The translations under genes were made by a program, and so were the position numbers. From NCBI GenBank assembly GCA_963744145.1, contig CAVUSO010000001.1:7424001-7488000 (forward strand): DNA of 64,000 nt. The letters run 5' to 3'. The stretch is from an uncultured cyanobacterium. GTDB lineage: Bacteria; Cyanobacteriota; Cyanobacteriia; Cyanobacteriales; CAWUOF01. Below the pieces are notes generated by a model, which saw only the letters and a program-made list of their open reading frames with translations, searched no databases and was not told the DNA's origin. Below, piece after piece: positions 33,393 through 41,678 of the stretch (positions are counted from its first letter, which is position 1; the number at the start of each line of letters is the position of its first letter).

Positions 33393-33713
33393 ATGACTAC
33401 TCTATTAATGCTTCAACCCTCATCTCTAATCTCCTCTGGTGTTAAAATGAGGCAATTCGGTAATATTTATTTATTCAAGTTTACCGATGAACTCCAGTTT
33501 TGCTTTGAAGAACTTTTAGAAAAGAAAAAAGCTCATATACTCACTCCTGACGAAGAAGCTGAATATATGGGAATATCAGAACTAGAGCAGATTTTTACCC
33601 TAATTAACGCTCAACTTGCAGCCAAAAGCCAATGGTGTCCAACTCAACTCGAAGACTTGTACGACGACGAGCCCGATACCTCTGTGAATACTGTCATTCC
33701 CCCGAATATCTAA
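33393..33713 (+). CDS. Hypothetical protein, antitoxin-like, upstream of an HNH remnant
   Basis: ELLEKKK..LTPDEEAEY pattern; overlaps the HNH fragment. Confidence 0.55.
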   Translation: MTTLLMLQPSSLISSGVKMRQFGNIYLFKFTDELQFCFEELLEKKKAHILTPDEEAEYMGISELEQIFTLINAQLAAKSQWCPTQLEDLYDDEPDTSVNTVIPPNI

Positions 33714-33790
33714 GCCCAGACCGTTTCACAATACTACGTTGCGATCGCCATGACTACCCTGTATCATACCTAGCATCAGCAACGATATAA
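33632..33790 (+). pseudogene. Truncated HNH endonuclease
   Basis: Manual translation MVSNSTRRLVRRRARYLCEYCHSPEYLSPDRFTI, then loses similarity just before the expected DH motif. Confidence 0.65.
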
Positions 33791-33983
33791 TTAGTATTGA
33801 AGATTTAATTAACCGATCGCCATTCATAAAATTCATCAAATATACGGGTTAACTTACTCCTACCTTAACCCAATATTTTTTTAGCGATCGCTATGATTAA
33901 TAGTTCAGGCGATCGCTTCTCCCTAGTCAAACTTATTTAACCAACATATTTAGCGATCGCATTTAACTGTTATCTTTACCAGC

Positions 33984-34110
33984 GCGATCGCTTGCCGATC
34001 AATCGGGTGTAGGGGCGAAGCATTCGGGCGATAATTTATCACTAAAAACCGTTAATATTATATCCGAATGCTTCGCCCTTCTTCTTCTGTGCCAGCTCCC
34101 CAAAAATATC
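33984..34110. repeat. Half unit (hairpin A) of the REP-like repeat downstream of kinase copy B
   Basis: GTAGGGGCGAAGCATTCGG at 34009; same context as array unit 7, which lies downstream of copy A. Confidence 0.85.
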
Positions 34111-34204
34111 ATAGTTTAAGCAACTAATGAAATGCTGCAAACCTCATTCCTACGTCATCCAATTTTTCTGAAAAATATTCTTGATCTTTTAGAAAAGCTA
34201 TATG

Positions 34205-37200
34205 TTAGAGTCTAGAGAAGAGAAAAGAGATTCCCCAAACACCACCCCACACCCACAGAACCCCCCCGACAGCCCGCCCCTCCCACACTGGGAGGTGTCC
34301 CATAGGAGCAGAGATATTAAAAGTGAAGTTAGAGTAGCTGCTCAACCAGTTTCCTCCTTTTCTCCAGCCGACTTCATCTCCTAATTTAACATAAGTATCG
34401 GAATCATAACTATCTAGCTTCCCACCCAATTTGAGCCAGATTTTCTTCTGGACTGAAAACCCAAATTTGTCGTTAGAATACTTTAACCACAACTGGTCAA
34501 TCATCCGCAGTTCATTTTTCGGAAAATTACGACAGTTATCTGCTGTTAACCATCCCTCTTTTTCCCTGTTCATAATTTTACACATAACTCGAACAGTTTC
34601 TTGATCTGCTTCTTGCCATTTTTTGTCTAATAATAATTGATCAAGTTTCCTCAAATCAGCTCTAGATGTAACTAAATTTTCTTGGGGTGATGGAGCAGGT
34701 GTAGGAGAAGTAGGTTTTGGAGGAGAGCTAGTAGAATGAGGTATTTTAACATCCCCAACTTGGGGTGATAGAGCAGGTGTAGGAACCATGTTAGAGTCTA
34801 GAGAAGAGAAAAGAGACAATCCAAACCCCCACCCAACCCACACCCCCAAACCAAACACACCACCAGCCGGGAGGTGTCCCGCAGGAGCAGAGATATTAAA
34901 AGTGAAGTTAGAGTAGCTGCTCAACCAGTTTCCTCCTTTTCTCCAGCCGACTTCATCTCCTATTTTAACATAAGTATCGTAATCATAATCTAGCTTCCCA
35001 CCCAATTTGAGCCAGATTTTCTTCTGGACTGAAAACCCAAATTTGTCATTAGAATACTTTAACCACAACTGGTCAATCATCCGCAGTTCATTTTTCGGAA
35101 AATTACGACAGTCATCTGGTGTTAACCATCTCTCTTTTTCCCTGTTCATAATTTTACACATAACTCGAGCAGTTTCTTGATCTGCTTCTTGCCATTTTTT
35201 GTCTGATAATAATTGATCAAGTTTCCTCAAATCAGCTCTAGATGTAACTAAATTTTCTTGGGGTGATGGAGCAAAATTAACTTGGGGTGATGGAGCAGGT
35301 GTAGGAGAAGTAGGTTTTGGAGAAGAGCTAGTAGAATGAGGTATTTTAACATCCCCAACTTGGGGTGATGGAGCAGGTGTAGGAACCATGTTAGAGTCTA
35401 GAGAAGAGAAAAGAAGACAATGACCATTCAGTTCTCCCACCAAAAATCCCCCACCCCCACCCCCAGGTAAGTGACCTAGGGGAGCATAGATATTAAAAGT
35501 GAGGTCAGAGTAGTTTAACCAGTTTCCTCCTTTTCTCCAACCGACTTCATCCCCTAATTTAACATAAGTATCGGAATCATAACTATCTAGCTTCCCACCC
35601 AATTTGAGCCAGATTTTCTTCTGGACTGAAAACCCAAATTTGTCATTAGAATACTTTAACCACAACTGGTCAATCATCCGCAGTTCATTTTTCGGAAAAT
35701 TACGACAGTTATCTGCTGTTAACCATCCCTCTTTTTCCCTGTTCATAATTTTACACATAACTCGATTAGTTTCTTGATCTGCTTCTTGCCATTTTTTGTC
35801 TGATAATAATTGATCAAGTTTCCTCAAATCAGCTCTAGATGTAACTAAATTTTCTTGGGGTGATGGAGCAAAATTAACTTGGGGTGATGGAGCAGGTGTA
35901 GGAGAAGTAGGTTTTGGAGGAGAGCTAGTAGAATGAGGTATTTTAACATCCCCAACTTGGGGTGATGGAGCAGGTGTAGGAACCATATTAGAGTCTAGAG
36001 AAGATAAAAGAGACCCATCCCCCAAACCCACCCACCAACACCCCACCACAACCCAACCAAATAACGGGAGGTGTCCCCTACGAGCAGAGATATTAAAAGT
36101 GAGGTCAGAGTAGTTCAACCAGCTTCCTCCTTTTCTCCAGCCGACTTCATCCCCTAATTTAACATAAGTATTTGAATCATAACTATCTAACTTCCCACCC
36201 AATTTGAGCCAGATTTTCTTCTGGACTGAAAACCCAAATTTGTCATTAGAATACTTTAACCACAACTGGTCAATCATCCGCAGTTCATTTTTCGGAAAAT
36301 TACGACAGTTATCTTCTGTTAAGTATCCCTCTTTTTCCCTGGTCATAACTTTCAACATGACTTGAGTAGTTTCTTGATCTGCTTCTTGCCATTTTTTGTC
36401 TGATAATAATTGATCAAGTTTCCTCAAATCAGCTCTAGATGTAACTAAATTTTCTTGGGGTGATGGAGCAAAATTAACTTGGGGTGATGGAGGAGGTGTA
36501 AGAGAAATAGGTTTTGGATGAGAGCTAATCGGAGCAGGTGTTTTCGTCATAGCATTTAACACCATTGTTGCTGTCCATCTTTTTTCTCGATCTTTTTCTA
36601 ATGCTCCCTGGATGATCTCCCGATATCTTTGACTAATTTTTGACCATTCTATGCTCGGTTCTTCCTGAATTACTTTTACCATCAATTGCTGTTCTGTCTC
36701 CCCGATAAAGGGCAACTTTCCTGTCAGCATTTCTGCCATGATTACTCCTAATGACCATATATCCCATCCTGTTGCTACTACTCCCTCATAAGCTTCCGGT
36801 GGCGCGTATTCACTTGTCCCTTTTCTACTACTTGTCCTTGCTGATTTCCCAGAATTGATTGACCTCATTAACCCAAAATCTGCTAACTTCCAATACTCCC
36901 CAACTTTAATCACATTTGCTGGTTTTACATCCCGATGTACTTGACCCTCTGGTTCTTGATGTAAATAAACTAATGCAGCACCGATTTCCTTGACGATTTT
37001 CTCTACTTCCTCCTCTCCTAATGCCCCTGGCTTTTGCTCTAGAAGTTTTGCTAGTGTTTCTGCTCCTAATTCCATCACTAAGTACAACATTTCTCCGATT
37101 TTAATTTGAGTTAACCCTGGCGCATAACAACGAATTAAATGTGGATGATCTAACTTTACTGCTGCAATTAATTCTTCCAGTTGTTTCTCCCGATTTTTCT

Positions 37201-37372
37201 GATCTCCTTCGGGTGAAATTAGCTTTACTGCTACTTGACGAATTAGCCGATCGCCTACGACTTCATCGGCACGGAAAACTGCCCCATATCCGCCCACTCC
37301 TAAGAGTTCTTTCAGGTAATATTTTCCGTCAATACATTCTGCCTCTAACAGTCGCCACAATTGTTCATTCAT
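34205..37372 (-). CDS. Ser/Thr protein kinase with four tandem GUN4 domains (copy B)
   Basis: Kinase domain differs from copy A at 3 residues by eye; four GUN4 repeats with anchor spacing 597, 600 and 586 nt. Confidence 0.9.
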   Translation of the reverse strand: MNEQLWRLLEAECIDGKYYLKELLGVGGYGAVFRADEVVGDRLIRQVAVKLISPEGDQKNREKQLEELIAAVKLDHPHLIRCYAPGLTQIKIGEMLYLVMELGAETLAKLLEQKPGALGEEEVEKIVKEIGAALVYLHQEPEGQVHRDVKPANVIKVGEYWKLADFGLMRSINSGKSARTSSRKGTSEYAPPEAYEGVVATGWDIWSLGVIMAEMLTGKLPFIGETEQQLMVKVIQEEPSIEWSKISQRYREIIQGALEKDREKRWTATMVLNAMTKTPAPISSHPKPISLTPPPSPQVNFAPSPQENLVTSRADLRKLDQLLSDKKWQEADQETTQVMLKVMTREKEGYLTEDNCRNFPKNELRMIDQLWLKYSNDKFGFSVQKKIWLKLGGKLDSYDSNTYVKLGDEVGWRKGGSWLNYSDLTFNISARRGHLPLFGWVVVGCWWVGLGDGSLLSSLDSNMVPTPAPSPQVGDVKIPHSTSSPPKPTSPTPAPSPQVNFAPSPQENLVTSRADLRKLDQLLSDKKWQEADQETNRVMCKIMNREKEGWLTADNCRNFPKNELRMIDQLWLKYSNDKFGFSVQKKIWLKLGGKLDSYDSDTYVKLGDEVGWRKGGNWLNYSDLTFNIYAPLGHLPGGGGGGFLVGELNGHCLLFSSLDSNMVPTPAPSPQVGDVKIPHSTSSSPKPTSPTPAPSPQVNFAPSPQENLVTSRADLRKLDQLLSDKKWQEADQETARVMCKIMNREKERWLTPDDCRNFPKNELRMIDQLWLKYSNDKFGFSVQKKIWLKLGGKLDYDYDTYVKIGDEVGWRKGGNWLSSYSNFTFNISAPAGHLPAGGVFGLGVWVGWGFGLSLFSSLDSNMVPTPALSPQVGDVKIPHSTSSPPKPTSPTPAPSPQENLVTSRADLRKLDQLLLDKKWQEADQETVRVMCKIMNREKEGWLTADNCRNFPKNELRMIDQLWLKYSNDKFGFSVQKKIWLKLGGKLDSYDSDTYVKLGDEVGWRKGGNWLSSYSNFTFNISAPMGHLPVWEGRAVGGVLWVWGGVWGISFLFSRL
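34228..34288 (-). other. Hypervariable segment, GUN4 repeat 4 (61 nt, terminal)
   Basis: Encodes VWEGRAVGGVLWVWGGVWGI; 53 of 61 nt are G/T on the coding strand. Confidence 0.8.
34814..34867 (-). other. Hypervariable segment, GUN4 repeat 3 (54 nt)
   Basis: Encodes AGGVFGLGVWVGWGFGLS; 51 of 54 nt are G/T. Confidence 0.8.
35414..35464 (-). other. Hypervariable segment, GUN4 repeat 2 (51 nt)
   Basis: Encodes GGGGGGFLVGELNGHCL; 41 of 51 nt are G/T. Confidence 0.8.
36011..36064 (-). other. Hypervariable segment, GUN4 repeat 1 (54 nt)
   Basis: Encodes LFGWVVVGCWWVGLGDGS; 51 of 54 nt are G/T. Confidence 0.8.
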
Positions 37373-37689
37373 CACCTTCAATTCCTGCTTGAACTTGAAT
37401 AGCAATCACCGTAATATTATCATTACCACCATGTTCTAAAGCTGTTTCTAGACAAGTTTGGCTCATATTTTTTAAGCGGTTCTGAAGGTAAGAGCTGATT
37501 TAATAATTCTCGAAAAGTATTAATGGCAATTTCTGATGCTCTTTTTCTTCCCTTACGTCCCTCCATTCCATCCGCAACTACTGCTAGTAAAGCAGATTGA
37601 GCTGACCAGAATTCTAACAAATGATTGTCTTCATTGACTGGACGAACTTTACCCGTATCAGTTTTAGAATTGTAGATTAGTTGTCTCAT
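37365..37689 (-). pseudogene. PP2C-family phosphatase with large internal deletion
   Basis: TDTGKVRPVNED...VADGM N-terminus joined out of frame near 37460 to the GGNDNITVI C-terminus. Confidence 0.8.
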
Positions 37690-37927
37690 ATTAGAATTTG
37701 CTCGATTACATATTTTCACCTATCTTCATGCGATTCTGCAAGAACATTTTTGTTCCACAACCCTGACAAAACTTAGATTGAGGGGAGTTTTCCTAGGGAC
37801 AATTAGGGTTAAGACATTTAATAAGGTTACTCATAATTTTGGAAACCTGATGTGCTAAGATCAATTAGGTAATCCGATCATATCAGAAAAATTAATGGTG
37901 TTGCTGATGATCGGCAGACACCTCGAA

Positions 37928-38834
37928 TAATCAGGTAATTCCTGGTTTAGCGATTCCCCAACAAACCATATTCAAAGGCGATCGCGAAAATTTAGCGATC
38001 GCTGCGGCTAGTATTGTTGCTAAGGTATGGCGTGATGATTTGATTGTGCGTTTGGCGGTTAAATATCCTGAATATGACTTGACAAACAATAAAGGTTATG
38101 GTAGTGCTAAACATATATTAGCTTTACAACGTTATGGTGCTTCGGCACAACATCGTCTTTCGTTTCGCCCTTGTCGTGTCAGTCATGAAATTTAAAATTG
38201 TTACGGCTGTATTTGGGCTAATCTGTTTGAGCTGGGCTGATCGAGCGATCGCTCAATATCGGACCGATCGTCCAACTTTTTATCAAGATGGACAACAACA
38301 ATTAGAAAGAGAAATTAATCGTTTAAACCAAAAAAAACCAGATAATTTGCTGACAATTGACAGTGAACCGATTCATTGGCAAGAATTTAAGTTTAAACCA
38401 GGTAATTTTGCTGTTTTAATCCCGAATACTCTGATCGATCAACAAGATACTTTAAGTACGACTGAGGGCACTCTAGATTTAAAAGAGTTTAGCACACAAA
38501 CAAATTCTTTACGGTTAGTAGTAGCTTATTCAGACTATCTATCAACGGCTAATTTAAGCAACTCCGAGGTAGTTTTAGCGAATGTGCGCGATCGACTTGT
38601 TGATAAGTTAGGGGTTAAATTAGTTAGGGATAGTTCGATTACACTAGGTGATTATCCTGGTAAAGAACTAAAGTTGCAAAGTTCAACTGAGCAGATCATA
38701 TTTAGGCTATTTTTAGTTAAACAGCGTCTATATATTGTCGGAGTTACTCAGAAAAACAACGTTGATAGTTCAAAAGATATGGCCAAGTTTTTAGCTTCGT
38801 TTCGATTAATAAAATAAATCAAATCAATTCTAAT
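37928..38834 (+). repeat. Direct repeat copy 2 (contains an rnhB 3' fragment to 38195)
   Basis: Near-identical to 25099..26005. Confidence 0.9.
38185..38817 (+). CDS. Exported hypothetical protein, paralog of 25356..25988
   Basis: Same length and highly similar sequence. Confidence 0.7.
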   Translation: MKFKIVTAVFGLICLSWADRAIAQYRTDRPTFYQDGQQQLEREINRLNQKKPDNLLTIDSEPIHWQEFKFKPGNFAVLIPNTLIDQQDTLSTTEGTLDLKEFSTQTNSLRLVVAYSDYLSTANLSNSEVVLANVRDRLVDKLGVKLVRDSSITLGDYPGKELKLQSSTEQIIFRLFLVKQRLYIVGVTQKNNVDSSKDMAKFLASFRLIK

Positions 38835-38926
38835 TAATCTACTCGCTTTTACTACTAATTCTCAATAAGCAATAGATCACCAATCAGTACGATACCTTAA
38901 AGTGGAAAGTATATTAAATCAATAAC

Positions 38927-39670
38927 ATGAAGCTAGACTATTTACCAACCGAAAAATTTTTGGCATATCCACATCAGTTTCTCGGTAAAGTTTTAGTCGT
39001 AACTTCTTGTACTGGGGAGAAACGTTACAAACCTGAAAATCAATTGACAATAGAGGATTTTAAAGAAAAAGCTCGATTCCAACAACAAGAAGCACAACTT
39101 ACTCAATTTGCTTATCCTGCAAGTCAGATGTATACAGGGACACAACACCTACGAGCAATGGAAGGAGTTAAATTACTGCGTCAGTTCCTTGGACAGGAAG
39201 TTGTAGATGTGGTGATTTTGTCTGCGGGCTATGGTTTAATTTCTGAGAACAAAACTATTGTACCATATCAAGTCACCTTCAACACAATGAAAGGTTACGA
39301 GATCGATGAGTGGGCAAAGTTTCTGGGAATACACCAAGCTTTTGAACAAGCTATTGTTGGTTATGATTTGGTGTTTATATTGCTGGGAGAAAATTATTTG
39401 CGATCGCTTTGTCTCCCTGTTGAAACTTACGATAAGCAAACTTTTATTTTTTTAGCATCGCATCGAGGTGCCAATTATATTCGAGATTTAGCTGCAAAAG
39501 CTTATGTCCTACATCTTGCCAACGCCGATGCTAAACATTACCATTATGGATTAGTAGGTTTGAAAGGATTTTTGTTCAAAAGGTTTGCTGAATGCGTTAC
39601 AAGAGAATGGACGCTACTAAAAAAGATTTATGACCAACCAGAATTATTTGTCCAGATTGTTAGATCCTGA
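38927..39670 (+). CDS. DpdA-associated protein (DUF6884/YaaA-like)
   Basis: VVTSCTGEK, ASQMYTG, ILSAGYGLI..PY motifs; overlaps the dpdA-like gene. Confidence 0.6.
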   Translation: MKLDYLPTEKFLAYPHQFLGKVLVVTSCTGEKRYKPENQLTIEDFKEKARFQQQEAQLTQFAYPASQMYTGTQHLRAMEGVKLLRQFLGQEVVDVVILSAGYGLISENKTIVPYQVTFNTMKGYEIDEWAKFLGIHQAFEQAIVGYDLVFILLGENYLRSLCLPVETYDKQTFIFLASHRGANYIRDLAAKAYVLHLANADAKHYHYGLVGLKGFLFKRFAECVTREWTLLKKIYDQPELFVQIVRS

Positions 39671-41045
39671 GTCTGTTCAGCTAGAGATACCATTAGAACT
39701 GCCAAAAGTCAAGCTTTCTCTTAAATCGGTTAAGAATCCAAGAATTGGTAAGTCTGAAGACAAAGAACTGATTCCTATTCCTGATGTCCCGATCGCTCCT
39801 AATTTAGATTTGGGAATGCAATATTTTATTCCTGAATGGGACGATCGCGTAGACCCTCACTATAATTTTTTGGATGATGCTCTGACACCGGGTCGAGACT
39901 CTTACAATGATGATTTATATGCTCATCAGATTTATAACAGTCCTAACTATAATGGAATTTTAGTTTCTAAGGGAATTGTCGAGCGTAGTAAAAAAAAGAA
40001 AGCACTAATTGAAAAAATAGGAATTCACAAATTTATCCGATTTTCAGGTTCAGTAATGGGAGATTGTGGAGCTTTTGGATATATCAATCAAGAGGTTCCT
40101 CCCTATAATACAGAAGAAATTCTAGAATACTATGAACGCATCGGATTTGACTATGGAGTGAGTATAGATCACCTGATTGTTGGATCATTTGCTGAATCCG
40201 GAGTGAGGGAAAAAAGATACAATTTAACCATAAAGAATGCAGAAGATTTTATCCATAAGCATCGAGCGATCGGATATAAATTCACTCCCATTGGTGCAGT
40301 TCAAGGGTGGGACCCAAAATCTTATGCTAATGCGGTCAAAGACTATATTAAAATGGGCTATAAATATATTGCATTGGGGGGACTAGCTAGGACTCCTAGC
40401 AAAGAGATTCTAAAAATATTAGAAAGTATTCACCCACATTTAACTTCCCAAACTCAGATGCACCTGTTTGGGGTAGGACGACTCAATGCTGTTCCAGCTT
40501 TCCGTCATTTAGGAGTAACCAGTTTTGATTCTGCAAGTCCATTGCGTAAAGCTTGGCTGGATTCAGCCGCAAATTACCATACTTTAGATGGTAAAACCTA
40601 TGCAGCTATTCGCATTCCTAAAGTAGATGGCTATGGGGTGCGTATTAAGCGATTGTTGGAAGCAGATGTATCAGATCGGGCAACCCTAAAAAGTCTTGAG
40701 GAAGATGCACTTACTAAACTGCGGGAGTTTAATTTAGGTCTTGTTACTTTAGAGTCAACCCTCTCATCACTACTTGCTTTAGACGAGTTACTAGAATTAC
40801 CTCGTGATGGTCAGGTAAACTCTCAAGAAAAAGCCAGACGCTTACATAGACACACGCAAATGTATCAGGAGCTTTTGGAGGAACAGCCTTGGAAGAAATG
40901 TGATTGTGTAATCTGTCAAGAAATTGGGATTGAAGTTGTAATTTTCCGAGGAAATGATCGTAACCGTAGACGTGGCTTCCATAATACCTATATTTTCCAT
41001 AAGCGCTTTAATGCCTTACTTAAAAATGAAAAATTTTTGAACTAA
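39630..41045 (+). CDS. dpdA: DpdA-like tRNA-guanine transglycosylase paralog (DNA 7-deazaguanine insertion)
   Basis: YFIPEWDDRVDP, MGDCGAF, SIDH, AVQGW, ALGGL, HLFG, SFDSAS, CDCVIC and RNRRRGFHN zinc-site motifs. Confidence 0.78.
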   Translation: MTNQNYLSRLLDPESVQLEIPLELPKVKLSLKSVKNPRIGKSEDKELIPIPDVPIAPNLDLGMQYFIPEWDDRVDPHYNFLDDALTPGRDSYNDDLYAHQIYNSPNYNGILVSKGIVERSKKKKALIEKIGIHKFIRFSGSVMGDCGAFGYINQEVPPYNTEEILEYYERIGFDYGVSIDHLIVGSFAESGVREKRYNLTIKNAEDFIHKHRAIGYKFTPIGAVQGWDPKSYANAVKDYIKMGYKYIALGGLARTPSKEILKILESIHPHLTSQTQMHLFGVGRLNAVPAFRHLGVTSFDSASPLRKAWLDSAANYHTLDGKTYAAIRIPKVDGYGVRIKRLLEADVSDRATLKSLEEDALTKLREFNLGLVTLESTLSSLLALDELLELPRDGQVNSQEKARRLHRHTQMYQELLEEQPWKKCDCVICQEIGIEVVIFRGNDRNRRRGFHNTYIFHKRFNALLKNEKFLN

Positions 41046-41055
41046 AGAGGATTCA

Positions 41056-41636
41056 GTGGAAAAGAAATTTTTGCCGCTCTTCTCTATGGACCACGCGGGT
41101 CTGTTAAGAAAGTTGAAGGATATAGAAGGAGATTACGGGATTCTAGCTCCCCTTTCCTGCCCAAAAAATCTTCTTAAAGATATTCGCAATACAGGTAAAC
41201 TTTTCTTTATTGACAGTGGTGTTTTTGAAAATCAAGCTCCTCCCTGGTACTACCAACTTCATTGTGAGTTCCTTCAGCAGCGATGGGTGCGAGAATTACG
41301 TTTGACTTCGGAACAACAATTAAGACAGAGGGTAAAAGACTATTTGAGTTTATGTGACATGATATTGGCTATCAGTGCATTGCTTTGGGAGGTTTATTAA
41401 AAGCCGACACTACTATGCCAACTGGTTTGAGGTTTGGTTTATCCGCTCAGGAACTAGATGAATTACTTACATGGGCTAGACCTGAATTGGTTTTAGGAGG
41501 TCTGGCTTTAAGCCGTATAGAAGTCCTCAAGAAACACAATGTTTGGGCTGATTCTACCAATTGGCTCTGGTGGGATGCTCGTTATGATCGGCAAAGGTTT
41601 GGACATCGGAATGTTTTTCAGGAAATTTTAGGGTGA
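41056..41636 (+). pseudogene. Fragmented second TGT-barrel-like gene
   Basis: FIDSG in the first ORF; GGL and ADSTNW in the second, different frame. Confidence 0.5.
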
Positions 41637-41678
41637 ATATTGTCATTACCCGTCAACAACAGTAGTATAACCATTCAA

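Noticed and set aside
31665..37372. Complete classical DGR
   Set aside because: No reverse transcriptase, Avd or template repeat in the window; the tips differ in length and share no invariant non-A scaffold. A remote DGR is not fully excluded.
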